A stretch of DNA of 64,000 nucleotides from an uncultured Planctomycetota bacterium (GTDB lineage Bacteria > Planctomycetota > Planctomycetia > Isosphaerales > Isosphaeraceae), in contig CAWJTV010000031.1 in the NCBI GenBank assembly GCA_963845755.1, forward strand, positions 32,001 to 96,000. Reading direction: 5' to 3'. The notes below the pieces were generated by a model. That model was given only the letters and a program-made list of their open reading frames with translations, was not told the DNA's origin and searched no databases. Position numbers and translations under genes: made by a program. Positions 10,994-21,619 of this stretch are shown here, piece by piece. Each line of letters begins with the position of its first letter. Within the stretch, counting starts at the first letter, position 1.

Positions 10994-13595
10994 TCATCTC
11001 TGCTCTAGCGAGAGCCGGATCGTCTTGATCTCGAACGGACGCAAGTCGATCTTGACAGTGTCCCCCTCGGCCTTCAACTCGCCCTCGGGGTCTTCCAGAA
11101 GATTGGCCATACGCGCCGAGGCGACCTTCGCGTTGAAGGCGATCTTCACTCCCGGGGCCGGTTGACCAGCGGCCTCGTAGAATCGCAAGACCGCGGCTCC
11201 GTCCCGCGCGGGCTTCGAGCGCCGAGACGACGACGTGCGGATTCGAGACCTCGAGCAGGCCCCAGCGAGGTGGCAAGGAACCCTCATGGGAGGTAACCTT
11301 GCGACAGACCAACGGATGATTGAACTCCAGCCCGTCGCGGAAGACGCGGGCTTCGCGCCAATCTCCGGCGTGAGGGAGCAGCGCATAGCGGACCGTCCGC
11401 TCCCGACCCAGTTGGAACCCCGAATCGGAGGACATTCCCGGCTCGTAACCGCCTCCGAATCCATAGGCGCCGAGTGTGTGGGCGCGGAGCAGCGAGATGA
11501 TCATGGTCCCGCCGGTCACCAGGTTGCCGGGAAGTCCGATGTTCAGCAGGGTCAGACCACGCTGGCCGTCGCCGTAATCCACCCAGTTCTGCGCGGGGAA
11601 CTCGATCGCTTGCGGACGCTCGATCGCCCCGAACGGGATCTCGTGAGTGGCCTTTCCTCTCGTAATCGTGGTCGGGAAGAGGACCTGGTAGCGGACGTAC
11701 TTCTCGTTGTTCACCAACCGGGTGGTGACTTCGATCCGGCGCAGCGCCCGGTAGAGGCGGACGGTGGTCGCGAATCGGCCCGTTCCGAACGGGCGCATCA
11801 CCTGGAACTCGGAGAGGACCGGCCCGTTCCTCCAGTTGCCCTGCGTCGGCTTCCCTTCGTCGCTGAAGACCGACTCGCCGCGCCTGGGTAACGGCTGCTG
11901 GGTTGTCATCGCGATCCGGCTGCCGCCGTCGAGTCCCTTGTAGGGCTCCCAGAAATCGCCGCGGTCCTGCTGCCGGGCCACGATATTTCCGCGTCCCGAG
12001 AGGACTTCCCAGTCGCCGGACTTGACCCGTAAGCTGGTCATCGCGCCCGTGTTCGCATCCAGGCTGAGGCGATAAAGGTCGTTCTCGAGCACCGCCCGGG
12101 CGGCAAGATCGGGCCATGCCGGCCTGACTTCGCGACGCGGGGCGATATGATAGGTCCCATATCCCATGGCCGGGACGTCCCGGGCGACGAACGCGAGGCG
12201 CGCGGTCTTCAGGCCGCCGTCGGCATACCGGGTCGCTTCGAGGATCTGGACCGGTTCCTCCTGCCCGCCAGGCCCGATCACCTGGACGTCAGCAACTCCT
12301 CCTTCGCCAAAGCCGACTTCAACCTCGGCGATGTCCGAGCGGGTCCACCCCAGGGGATTGAACGCGACGACGGCCGCACCCGGGCCTCGCGTGTCGATCC
12401 GCGACGCCAGGACCTCCCAGGCGCGAATCGATCAGCTCCTCAGAACGGCGTTTCGCATATTCGTAGCTACGGATCGTGTCGTCATAGACGAGGTCGGTCA
12501 TCACGCCGGAGGCCAGGTCGTGCGTTTGGTTGAAGAGTACAGGCTCCCAGGTCGCCAGGATCGAACCGGGATCGGCGGTCGAGCCCAGCCAGGCCGCGAT
12601 CGTGCTGAGCTTCTCCGCCGTGAGCAATTGCCGCTCCATCACCCGCATCCATGTCTTCAGCTCGATCCGACTGCTGTAGATGCCCTGGAAGATCGGGTTC
12701 AGCTCTCCCTTGAATACCGGCCGGTCGCCGCGCCGGATACGACGGCCTCGAAATCGGCGGGCACCGACATCTTAATCGCGAATCGCGCCTTGGAGTCCTT
12801 GTTGAACAACTCGAGGAGCGGAACCAGGTGCTCCTCCGGTTCCGAGACGTCGGCACCGGACAGGCCGACGCGGTCTCGATTATTCCGGCTATTCGGCGTC
12901 AGGGCTTCGAATCGCGCCTCGGCTGCCTCGCCGAATGCGGCGGCGTCGTTGCGATTGGGATAGAAGAGTCCATAACCGTGGGGAAGCCAGAAAGCGGCGA
13001 TGCGCGTGCCGTCGATTCCTTCCCAGAAGAACTCGGAGGGATGGTCCTGCTTGGGCACGCCGCGGAAGAACCAGAAGCTCTTGTAGCCGCCGAGTGTGAG
13101 GAGCTGTGGGATCTGGGCGTGGTGCCCGAACGTGTCAAGCAGCCATCCCGTCGTCACGTCGACTCCGAGCTTGTCGCGATAGTATCCCTTGCCGTACTGC
13201 ATCTGCCGGATGAATGTCTCTCCGCCGGGCATGTTATCATCGGGCATCACGTCGAACGCACCGGCGACCTGCAACCGACCCTCGGCCAGAAACCGCCGGA
13301 AATCCGCCTCCTCGGACGGGTACCGCTCCAGGAACGGCCGGACATACGCGACCTGGTCTAGCGTGAACCGGAAGCCGGGCTGCTCTCTCAAGAGCCGCAT
13401 CGCTTTGAGGATGTTGGGCAGGCCCATTTCGAGGTACTCATCTCGCGTCTTGAAGACCGCCCCTTCCCAGTGCGTGTGGGGGATGAGCCACAAGGTCTCT
13501 TTCTTCGGGCTCGCATTTCGCGGAACTTGAGCCGGGGCCGAGCCTGCGAGAAACCAGAGACCACAGGCGGCGATCAGGCATGGTCGAAGGCACAT
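10994..13595 (-). CDS. Glycoside hydrolase family 38 (alpha-mannosidase-like), secreted; frameshifts at about 12735, 12423 and 11218
   Basis: Signal peptide, IPHTHWE, GWLLDTFGH, FFWEGIDGT, FQGIYSSR, LFNQTHD, HEIPFG...EFPAQNWVD and a PFEIKTIR C-terminus, spread over four frames. Confidence 0.88.
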
Positions 13596-13689
13596 GAAAG
13601 AATCCTCGGGGTCGATTGGAGAGGCGAGCGTCGCGGAGACCCGCCGCGAATCATCGATGGTCCGCGGTTCTTCTCCGGTACGTCGGCGT

Positions 13690-15796
13690 TTAGCGACGGA
13701 AGGTGATCCGAAGCTCGGTCGGCGTCTTGATCGTCGTATCCAGCCAGAGTGTCCGTCCGTCCCAGGCATAGGCACGAGACTCCAGCGCGCCGCCCTGCCA
13801 GCATAACCCGAACCTCGCCGGCAGGGACATGGTCGAGCTCGAAGACCGGATTCACGAATGGCACGTCCGGCTTGATCGTGACCGCCAGGTCTTGGCCCTC
13901 CACGACCAGCCGGATCGCGCGGCGCTCGGGGGCATAGCTCTCGAACTCGAGCCGGGCGACCCGAAGCGATTCGATCGTCGGCGGCTTCGCGAAGCTTTTC
14001 GCCCGCTCGCGGAGCGGATTGTCCGGCTCGTCGGACATGCCAATCAGCCAGGCCCATCGCCGCAGGACCATAGGCCGGGACCGGCCCAACGTATCGAGGG
14101 TGAGCAGGTTTTCGGTACTCAGCGGCGCGGGCCGGGTGCCGGCCCAGCTCATGACGCTGTTGTGGCAAGGCGTCAACGCCATGCGGTCGTCGATCGTCCG
14201 ACCGGTCGAGTTCCCGCGTGCCAGCGGCCAGTGGCTGCCCCAGTAGCACGGGGTGACCATCTCACCTTGGTCGAAGAATGGCGCGAAGACCACCGGCGGT
14301 AGTTTCGTCTCGTTCGGATTGAAGTACACCGCCGCGAGCTCCTCATCCTTCTCGAGTCGCAAGCGATAGATCGCCGGAACGTCGCCGGGATCGGGCTGAT
14401 TGGCCGGCCTTGCCACGGGGTTCGGAAATCGGAATGTGTGCTTCCGACCGTCGAGGAACAGGGCGTCAACCGGCTCGTCCGGTAGGACGTCGAAAGGGTA
14501 CGTTCCCTGAGGCGTCAGGATGATGAACTCGCTCAGCTCGTAATCGTTCTTGGGGTCGGCTTTGAGGTTCACGACCCGGGTACCGAACCCGTCGGGATAG
14601 AAGTAATAGTCCTCGAGGGCGGCGTCGCCCCAGACCTTGTAATTGAAGTCGGTGGACTGGTAGCTCCATCGGACGTGGACGCGGGCCTCGGTCGACTCGA
14701 CGATCTCGACGCGGCTGTAGCGCAGCTCCTTGTCCATGAGGGGCTCGACGCAATCCACAGAACCTGTCGGCTGCGAGATGATCTCGGCCCACTCGTAGCT
14801 GGCGCCAGTATTGTGCTTACCCACCCAGAATGGGATGTAACTGGAACCGCGCCAGAACACGAACCGCGCCCCGTTCGGCAGCCAGACAACCACGTCCTGG
14901 AGATCGGGCTTCCATCCTTTTTCATACGACATCGTCGCGAAACGGCCGGTCTTGGGGTCGCGAACCGAGATGGGAGCATCGTACCGGATCCGCTCATAGG
15001 TGGCCCCAAATCGTGGATGTTGCGGCCGTTTCGCGACCAGCATGACCGGGATGGCCTTTGACCAGACGGGTCGAGTCTTCTCCTGGAAGACGATCCAGAG
15101 TACATCTCGTTCCCGGGGCGGCGCGGGTAGGGTGACATCGATACGCCGCTGAACTCGGACCCCGGCGCGAAGCGGCATCGGGGCGGTCTGGAAGCTCGCC
15201 GGCTCGGATTCATAGAACACTTTCAGCTCACCCTGGGACCGGTCCCGAACCCTGTTGATCGCCGCGACCTCAAGCGTGGCCGACTGGTCCGGTCCCAGGA
15301 GGAGCCATCCGGACGGGACCAGGATCGTGCCCAGGTCAACCGGATTGACGATCCGGGCCGGACGGGCGATCGCATCGACTTCCACGTCCGCGACTTCGAC
15401 CGGCTTTCGGACCAACTCGATCGGCCTGGCTCGCTCGTTGTCGGACACCACCGAGAGGATCAGCTCATCGCCGGAACCCGCGAGCGTGACGCGGGCGGCG
15501 TAGGGGGGATCCGTCGGGAATCGCACCTCGTGCTCGCCGACGACGTTCCCGCGATTCCGCACACTCAGAACATACCGCGTCCCCTCGGGTCGCTCGGATG
15601 CCTGAATCATGACCGTGACCGGCCGGCCGACCCTTTCGAGGCCGAACGGCGGGCGCCAGGGATGGCTGCTCTCGAGTCGAATCTGATAATTGATTTCAGG
15701 CTTCGACGGCTCCGCGACGACTTCGACCCTCATCAGCCAGGGCGTGAGCAGAACCACCAGTACGACGACCTTCCTCGGTGCGATTCGACGACGCAC
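13690..15796 (-). CDS. Secreted hypothetical protein (~700 aa); frameshift near 13790
   Basis: Long ORF with GTG start, GAGGAGG RBS and signal peptide. The alternative frame gives a plausible end, AYAWDGRTLWLD...ITFRR*, at 13690. Confidence 0.75.
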
Positions 15797-16062
15797 GCTC
15801 GTACCTCCTCACCGGCGCGACATCCTGCGCAATCGACTCACGATGAGCTGGCTCACGGATGCGCCGCCCAATATCGATCCGTCCGTTGTAGCTCCCGACG
15901 ACCGGTCTCGCCAGTCTTGTTCGGCGCGTAGGGAGCCCGGCGGAGTCTCCGAAAGGTTCGAGACGATCCGGAGAGCAGGGAGCCGAAGCTGGCGGGCAAG
16001 GGTCTGGCCCCCTGTCGCGGTCGGCCCTCCGTCCCGGTCGTCGCGCGTTCGAGGCCAACTGG

Positions 16063-16570
16063 TCAGTTCTGGTCAAGCCAGTTGACCGCTGAGGTCGAGC
16101 GCGGGTCCTCCATGATCTTCGGCGACATAGTAATGGTTGGCACGGGTCGGATAGACGACCGGCGAGAGGATCGGAAGATTGGGATACGATGAGGCCACTC
16201 CTTGCGCCGGCCGTATGACTCCATCATACCCCCGAGAATAGACCACGACAGGGGCCGTGACCGAGCGGAACGGGGAGAACGGTCCATAAAGCGCCATGGT
16301 TTGATCGCCGTAGATGCCCATCGGCGAGTAGCCTCCCGCGACCGGGTAGGCTCCCCCGATCGTGACGGCGGGAGTCGGCATGAAGGTTCCGAGCGGGGCG
16401 GGTTGGGCCGCGCCCGGCGCATAGACCGGCCGCGCACGGTTCACGACCAACGCGCGGCGCGCACGGCGAGAACCATGATCCGCCCTCGCCGAATCCAACA
16501 ATCCGATCGAGGGAAAGGCCACGGACGCCACGAGCAAGGCACGGAAGTACAATCGAGCAGATCGGGACAT
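16063..16570 (-). CDS. Secreted Pro/Tyr/Gly-rich hypothetical protein; probable frameshift near 16125
   Basis: AGGAGG RBS before ATG 16570 and a signal peptide. The alternative frame ends PRSTSAVNWLDQN*. Confidence 0.6.
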
Positions 16571-16965
16571 GGATCCTCCTAAAGGTTGCAAGTCCAGGGT
16601 GCGAGTACGGAAGGTCTCCGTCGTCGCATCGACCGGTGATCTTGAGGAAATCTACCCGATGAATGTCCTACGTGCGCGGATTCTCAAGTCTGAGGGGGCC
16701 GCGCCTGGGTTGAGCGCGTGAAAGCATAGAGACGATCACCCGGCACGCTGACGGACGTCGAGCGGTCAACCCCGAATATGAGAAAGAATTGGGATACGAT
16801 TCAAAGTTCAACAAGATACAATGAACGCAAAACCCTGCCTGGCGAGGATTTGCACCCATCTCGAATTCTGCATTCGGAGTTTTGAATCGATTCTTTCACC
16901 GCCTCTCGGGACGATGAGCCAGTCTTCATTTTCGTGAGCCGCAGGCAACGCCAGCGATATCCGTT

Positions 16966-17508
16966 CTAGTTCGAGGCCCGACTGCGGCCGAGAAGGCCAT
17001 GAAGTTCATCCACAATCCCAGTAATGCAGCCACCCAACGGGGAATGGAGCAGATCGTGGAGTTTGGACATCAATTCCCCTTCGCGCACGTAAGGGGCTTC
17101 ATAGTTGTGGTTCTTGGCCTTGACCGTGGCCTCTCGAGAGAATCGAGAGTCATCCACCCCAGCAGGAGACAAAGAGGGGAAATTCGAAGAATTGGGAAGA
17201 GAGATTGGTCCCCCTTCCGAAGGGACCCACCCCAGGTTCGTGCGAGCCGGTCGTGCCGGCAGTGATCGATCGGCGACGGATGGAGACGGTTCCACGTCCA
17301 CGTCGCCTCCCAGGAGATCCTCCATCGGGACTTCCAGGGCCAAAGCAATGCGCCTGAGCGTTCCGGCTCGGGGTAGTCCGGTCTTGCCGCTTTCGATCTG
17401 ATAGAGAGCCGTCCGAGAGATCTCGGCGCGGCTGGCGAGCTCGTCGGGACCCCAGCCCTTGGAATAGCGGAAGTCCCTCACACGTTGAGCTAACGACATC
17501 GTAGACAT
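16966..17508 (-). CDS. XRE-family helix-turn-helix transcriptional regulator
   Basis: LAQRVRDFRYSKGW...ELASRAEISRTALYQIESGKT..PRAGTLRRIALALEV. Confidence 0.9.
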   Translation of the reverse strand: MSTMSLAQRVRDFRYSKGWGPDELASRAEISRTALYQIESGKTGLPRAGTLRRIALALEVPMEDLLGGDVDVEPSPSVADRSLPARPARTNLGWVPSEGGPISLPNSSNFPSLSPAGVDDSRFSREATVKAKNHNYEAPYVREGELMSKLHDLLHSPLGGCITGIVDELHGLLGRSRASN

Positions 17509-18151
17509 GCCTCTGCGTTGAGGTACGGATCGCTTGGAATCTCAATCCTTGATGACACACTCTGACTGGAACGCACCCAGGACCCTCTCTCCGCTTGGCG
17601 GAGAAGACGAGCCGGGACCAGCGTGCGGAAATTTACAAAACTCTCGCTTCCGTGTCAAGCCGATCTTGCTGGAGAGAAAAAAGCGATACTCCGAATTGCA
17701 TCGTCAGACTCATCCAAACCAAGGATTTCTTTTCTCCATGTGATGGGCGCGATTGGAGCAGAATTCCGCTTATTTGGGGCGTGAGATGCCGGCCGCAAAC
17801 GAGGTGGTCAGGCCACGATGTTCCCGTCCGGATTGATTTGCATAAAAATCCACTGTTTCGTTATGTTACCGGTATGGGGAATCGGCGTCAATCCGGAACG
17901 AGCGGTCCTCATCAGGGGTGAAGGAAGTCATCGGGTTGGGCGCGTGCACCCTCATCACGAACTTGTTGCGTCCGGGGGACTTAAGGGTTAGCCTGATTAG
18001 CTCGGGGAGTGTCCGTTCATGGCGAGCGGCGATTGGCATCGCCAAATGACCAAACATCGGAGATACTCGGTACTCCAGAGCGCCGACCGGAAGCTCCACC
18101 GGGTGAGTCGAGGCCCGCCTCTCCCGGATCGACTGTGAGGGAGTCCTATCG

Positions 18152-18880
18152 ATGATCGACATGTCGTGTCCTCGTTGCGGGGCAGGGGGGCGCGTCCCTC
18201 GTGAGAAGATGAACGCGCGGTTGGTCTGCAAGAAATGCCTCCAGGTGTTCCACTTGACGCCGAGCGGTCAAGCAGTGATCGGTGAGCCACCGGCGCCGAA
18301 GCACGTACCAAAGGAGCGTGCGCCGCGGGAGCGGATCGAGTTCGACACCTCGTCGCTGGAGGGCCTCGGGAAGACACTTTCCAAGATCCGGCTTCCGGAC
18401 CCCAAGATCCTCGGTGTCGCCGCCGCGGTCTTCGGCCTCATCGGAATTGCCTACTGGATCTTCTCCCGAGAATCCGTCGAAACCCGGTCCAAGATCATGG
18501 CGAGGGCCATCAGCCAGGGGGACGTCGGCAAGATCATGGAACTGTCGCTCCCGGAGACCGTCAGGGAAGCCATGACCTGGGGCAACGAGATCTACAGTCA
18601 GTATGCCGATCTCAAGATCAGCATGGGGGGGCGAGACCCGAGGGTGCAGATCCAGGTGCAGAATAGCGCCGACGGGAATTCGGCCCAGGCCCTGGTCGTC
18701 TACTCGCGAGAGGGTGGCCAGCTCGCCGGCCGGGTCAGTACACCGGATCTCGAGCCACCGAAGCCCACGAAATCCGGCAAGGACACGATCGAGATCGTCC
18801 TGTTCTGGGCCCCCGATACCTGGGGAACCTGGTGCCTCGACGCCAAGCGGACGTCCGAGAACGCGGCACGAGACCAGTAA
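18152..18880 (+). CDS. Hypothetical membrane protein with an N-terminal zinc ribbon
   Basis: CPRC...CKKC, one TM (ILGVAAAVFGLIGIAYWIF), RBS GAGGGAG. Confidence 0.75.
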   Translation: MIDMSCPRCGAGGRVPREKMNARLVCKKCLQVFHLTPSGQAVIGEPPAPKHVPKERAPRERIEFDTSSLEGLGKTLSKIRLPDPKILGVAAAVFGLIGIAYWIFSRESVETRSKIMARAISQGDVGKIMELSLPETVREAMTWGNEIYSQYADLKISMGGRDPRVQIQVQNSADGNSAQALVVYSREGGQLAGRVSTPDLEPPKPTKSGKDTIEIVLFWAPDTWGTWCLDAKRTSENAARDQ

Positions 18881-19362
18881 GACCGGAGGAGGCTGTTGGC
18901 GGGCAGGAGGTCGATCGCGGTCGCCGATGCCGGGAACGGTCCCGCGTGTTCGACCCTCGCTTGACGGCCGGATCGTTGGAGGCTACGATCCTGGAATCAT
19001 TAGCTTTAGGTCGATCCAGTCGTTGCGCCCCCCAGCTCGCAGCTTCCCCACTTCGCGTTGCGGCGGATCAACCGTTCGATCGACGGATCGGCGCCGCGGC
19101 TGACCGATGGAAGGCGGGGCGCGGGGTCATTGACAATTTCAGCCGATCTCGGCGGCGTCACGCCCGAGCGCACCTGGAAGAATCGGATTGGATCGATTCC
19201 TTCGCAGCCGCTGAGCCGTCTGGGTCCAACTCGGATCGTCGCCTGAAAGGACCGGAGCCGCGGGCGCCCTGGAGCTGAGCGGGGCTCCGGGGCGCATGTT
19301 CCCGACAAGGGCCGTTGGATCCGGGCGGCTCGCCGAGTCAAGTGAGGTGGGAACTTAAGCCG

Positions 19363-20244
19363 ATGCACTCATTCGATGACTTCCCCGGGATCGTGAAGAC
19401 CGATGAGCCCCTGGCCCATCGGGTCTGGTTCCGATTGGGTGGACCGGCCGCCTTTTTCGCCTGCCCCCGACAGCTCGACGAACTGATCGCTCTGCTCAAG
19501 CGCTGCCGCCACGAAGGGATCGCATTCAAGATCCTCGGCGGCGGTTCGAACGTGCTGGTCCGCGACGAGGGGGTCCAGGCTCTGGTCATCCTGCTGGAGA
19601 GCCCGTTCTTCTCCGACATCCTCGTGCGCGATCAGATCGTGGAAGCCGGCGCAGCGGTCCCACTGACTGCGCTGATCTCCCATTCGGCCCGTGCGGGATT
19701 GGCCGGCCTGGAGATGCTCACCGGTATCCCTGGCACGGTAGGCGGGGCCCTGCGCGGGAATGCCGGTGGCCGCCAGGGTGCCATCGGCCAGTTCGTCCGC
19801 CGGGCGACGGTCCTCGACCCGAGCGATGAGATTGTCGTCCGCGAGCGCGACGACCTCAGCTTCGTGAACCGCGATTCTAACCTCGATGAGCCCGTGATCT
19901 TGTCGGCCGAGTTCGAGCTCGAACCCGAGGATCCCGAATCGGTCGTCCGGCGGATGCGGCGGATCTGGATCATCAAGAAGGAGAACCAGCCCTACGGGCA
20001 CCAGTTGTCGGGCTGTATCTTCAAGAACCCCGCCACCGACGTCTCGGCCGGGGCGCTCATCGACCAGGCGGGCCTCAAAGGGACGCGATATGGCGGTGCC
20101 GAGGTCTCCGACCGCCACGCCAACTTCATCATCGCCCATCCGGGCGCCAAGGCGGCCGATATCCTCCAGCTCATCGATCGGATTCGTCAGCGCGTCTGGC
20201 AGCAATTTGGTTACGAGTTGGAACTCCAGATCCAAGTCTGGTAG
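19363..20244 (+). CDS. murB: UDP-N-acetylmuramate dehydrogenase
   Basis: FRLGGPA, ILGGGSNVLV, GLEMLTGIPGTVGGALRGNAG, SGCIFKNP and VSDRHANFI motifs. Confidence 0.95.
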   Translation: MHSFDDFPGIVKTDEPLAHRVWFRLGGPAAFFACPRQLDELIALLKRCRHEGIAFKILGGGSNVLVRDEGVQALVILLESPFFSDILVRDQIVEAGAAVPLTALISHSARAGLAGLEMLTGIPGTVGGALRGNAGGRQGAIGQFVRRATVLDPSDEIVVRERDDLSFVNRDSNLDEPVILSAEFELEPEDPESVVRRMRRIWIIKKENQPYGHQLSGCIFKNPATDVSAGALIDQAGLKGTRYGGAEVSDRHANFIIAHPGAKAADILQLIDRIRQRVWQQFGYELELQIQVW

Positions 20245-20450
20245 AATCTTCGAGGAAGTCTTTCGAATCCCAGTCTCCGGTCCGTGGTTCTCCCGCCTCA
20301 CCCTTCTCGACGTCAGCCGCCACGATCCGGCGCGGTCGCGGAGAACCTGGACGGTCGCCAACCGCACGCCTTTCCGGCGGAGGATCGCTCACGTTCAGGG
20401 GGAAGGCCCAACTCATGCTGGATCGACCAGGCCGAGGAGGAGTCCAGGTG

Positions 20451-21470
20451 ATGGAACACCGCGAACCTCCCCGGATCTCATCCGGAGACCTCCGTACCGA
20501 AGTGCTCACGGCCGATGCGACCGATCGGGTCCCCCTTTCCGTGCGAAAATGGCGGAAACCCTTGGCTAGCATTGGTTATCGACGAGCGATCCTCTTCCTC
20601 GCGGGCCTGGTCGCCGCAGGGGCTATCTTGATCTATCTCGGATTGCGCGGGGTCCGGGCAGCCGTCGGCTGGCTGACGGTTCAGCCGGCTTACCAGGTCC
20701 GGTTCCGGGATATAGGACTGGTCCCCGGCCCACCCGATTGGTATCGCAAAGGGAGCGTCGACTTTCTGGAGAGTGTCCGGCAGTGCGCCGAAGAATCGGA
20801 GACACTTCCGGTTCTCGACCTGGAACCCGGGCGGATCAAATTGTCGTTCGAGCGGAGTCCCTGGATCGAGCAGGTCCTCAAGGTGAGCTATCCTCCCCGA
20901 GGCCTGCGCGTGGAGTTGCAATACCGCGAGCCGGTTGCCCTGGTCGATATCCCGCGATCCCACCACAAGTATCTGCTGGACGAGAACGCGAGGATCCTGC
21001 CGTTGATGGACGTTGATGTTGACGGACTCCTCCGTCTCGGGTCCATCATACGGATCTCCGGTGATGACTTGGTGGAGCCTCTGGACCCTCGTCCCAAACA
21101 CATCTGGGAATCCAGGCCAGGTGTCCACGATGCCGCAGCGGGGATCGCGCGAATTCCAGGCGCGGCCAGGCTCGCGTCCTATCTGGTCCAGAGAATCCGC
21201 TTACTCGACCCGTCTCGGCCGATGGCACTGGAGATCGTCCCGACCGACCCTCCGCATTGGGGGTGGTTCCTCTGGGACGCCGGGAGTCGTCCGATCCTGT
21301 GGGGACAGGCCCCCGGTGAGGAGCCACCGGGAGAGATGTCCGCGGAAGAGAAATGGACCATGCTTCGCCACTGGAGCCGGGAGGATCCGAAGCGACTCGA
21401 GCGGCCGCCCGGCTACTGGAGGTTCACGAAGGGAGGTGTCCGCTACCACGAGCTCAAGGTTCCTCGATAA
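20451..21470 (+). CDS. FtsQ/DivIB-like bitopic protein with a POTRA-like region
   Basis: One TM followed by FERSPWIEQVLKVSYPPRGLRVELQYREPVALV and YLLDENARIL; lies directly after murB. Confidence 0.6.
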   Translation: MEHREPPRISSGDLRTEVLTADATDRVPLSVRKWRKPLASIGYRRAILFLAGLVAAGAILIYLGLRGVRAAVGWLTVQPAYQVRFRDIGLVPGPPDWYRKGSVDFLESVRQCAEESETLPVLDLEPGRIKLSFERSPWIEQVLKVSYPPRGLRVELQYREPVALVDIPRSHHKYLLDENARILPLMDVDVDGLLRLGSIIRISGDDLVEPLDPRPKHIWESRPGVHDAAAGIARIPGAARLASYLVQRIRLLDPSRPMALEIVPTDPPHWGWFLWDAGSRPILWGQAPGEEPPGEMSAEEKWTMLRHWSREDPKRLERPPGYWRFTKGGVRYHELKVPR

Positions 21471-21619
21471 GTTGGCCAAGGACCGGGACAATCGCGGCGG
21501 ACGCTGTCCCATTGTGAATAGAGTAGGGATGCCCGCCGTGGGCGGTGGCTTTCACCGCCCGGATGCGGCATCGCCTTCGGCTGACCGAGAAGGCACGATC
21601 AAGAGGGAGTCTGCGTCAC

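Noticed and set aside
17510..18150. ncRNA or small gene in the long XRE intergenic region
   Set aside because: No recognisable RNA motif or convincing ORF. The AATTTACAAA shared with about 52641 is too short to be meaningful.
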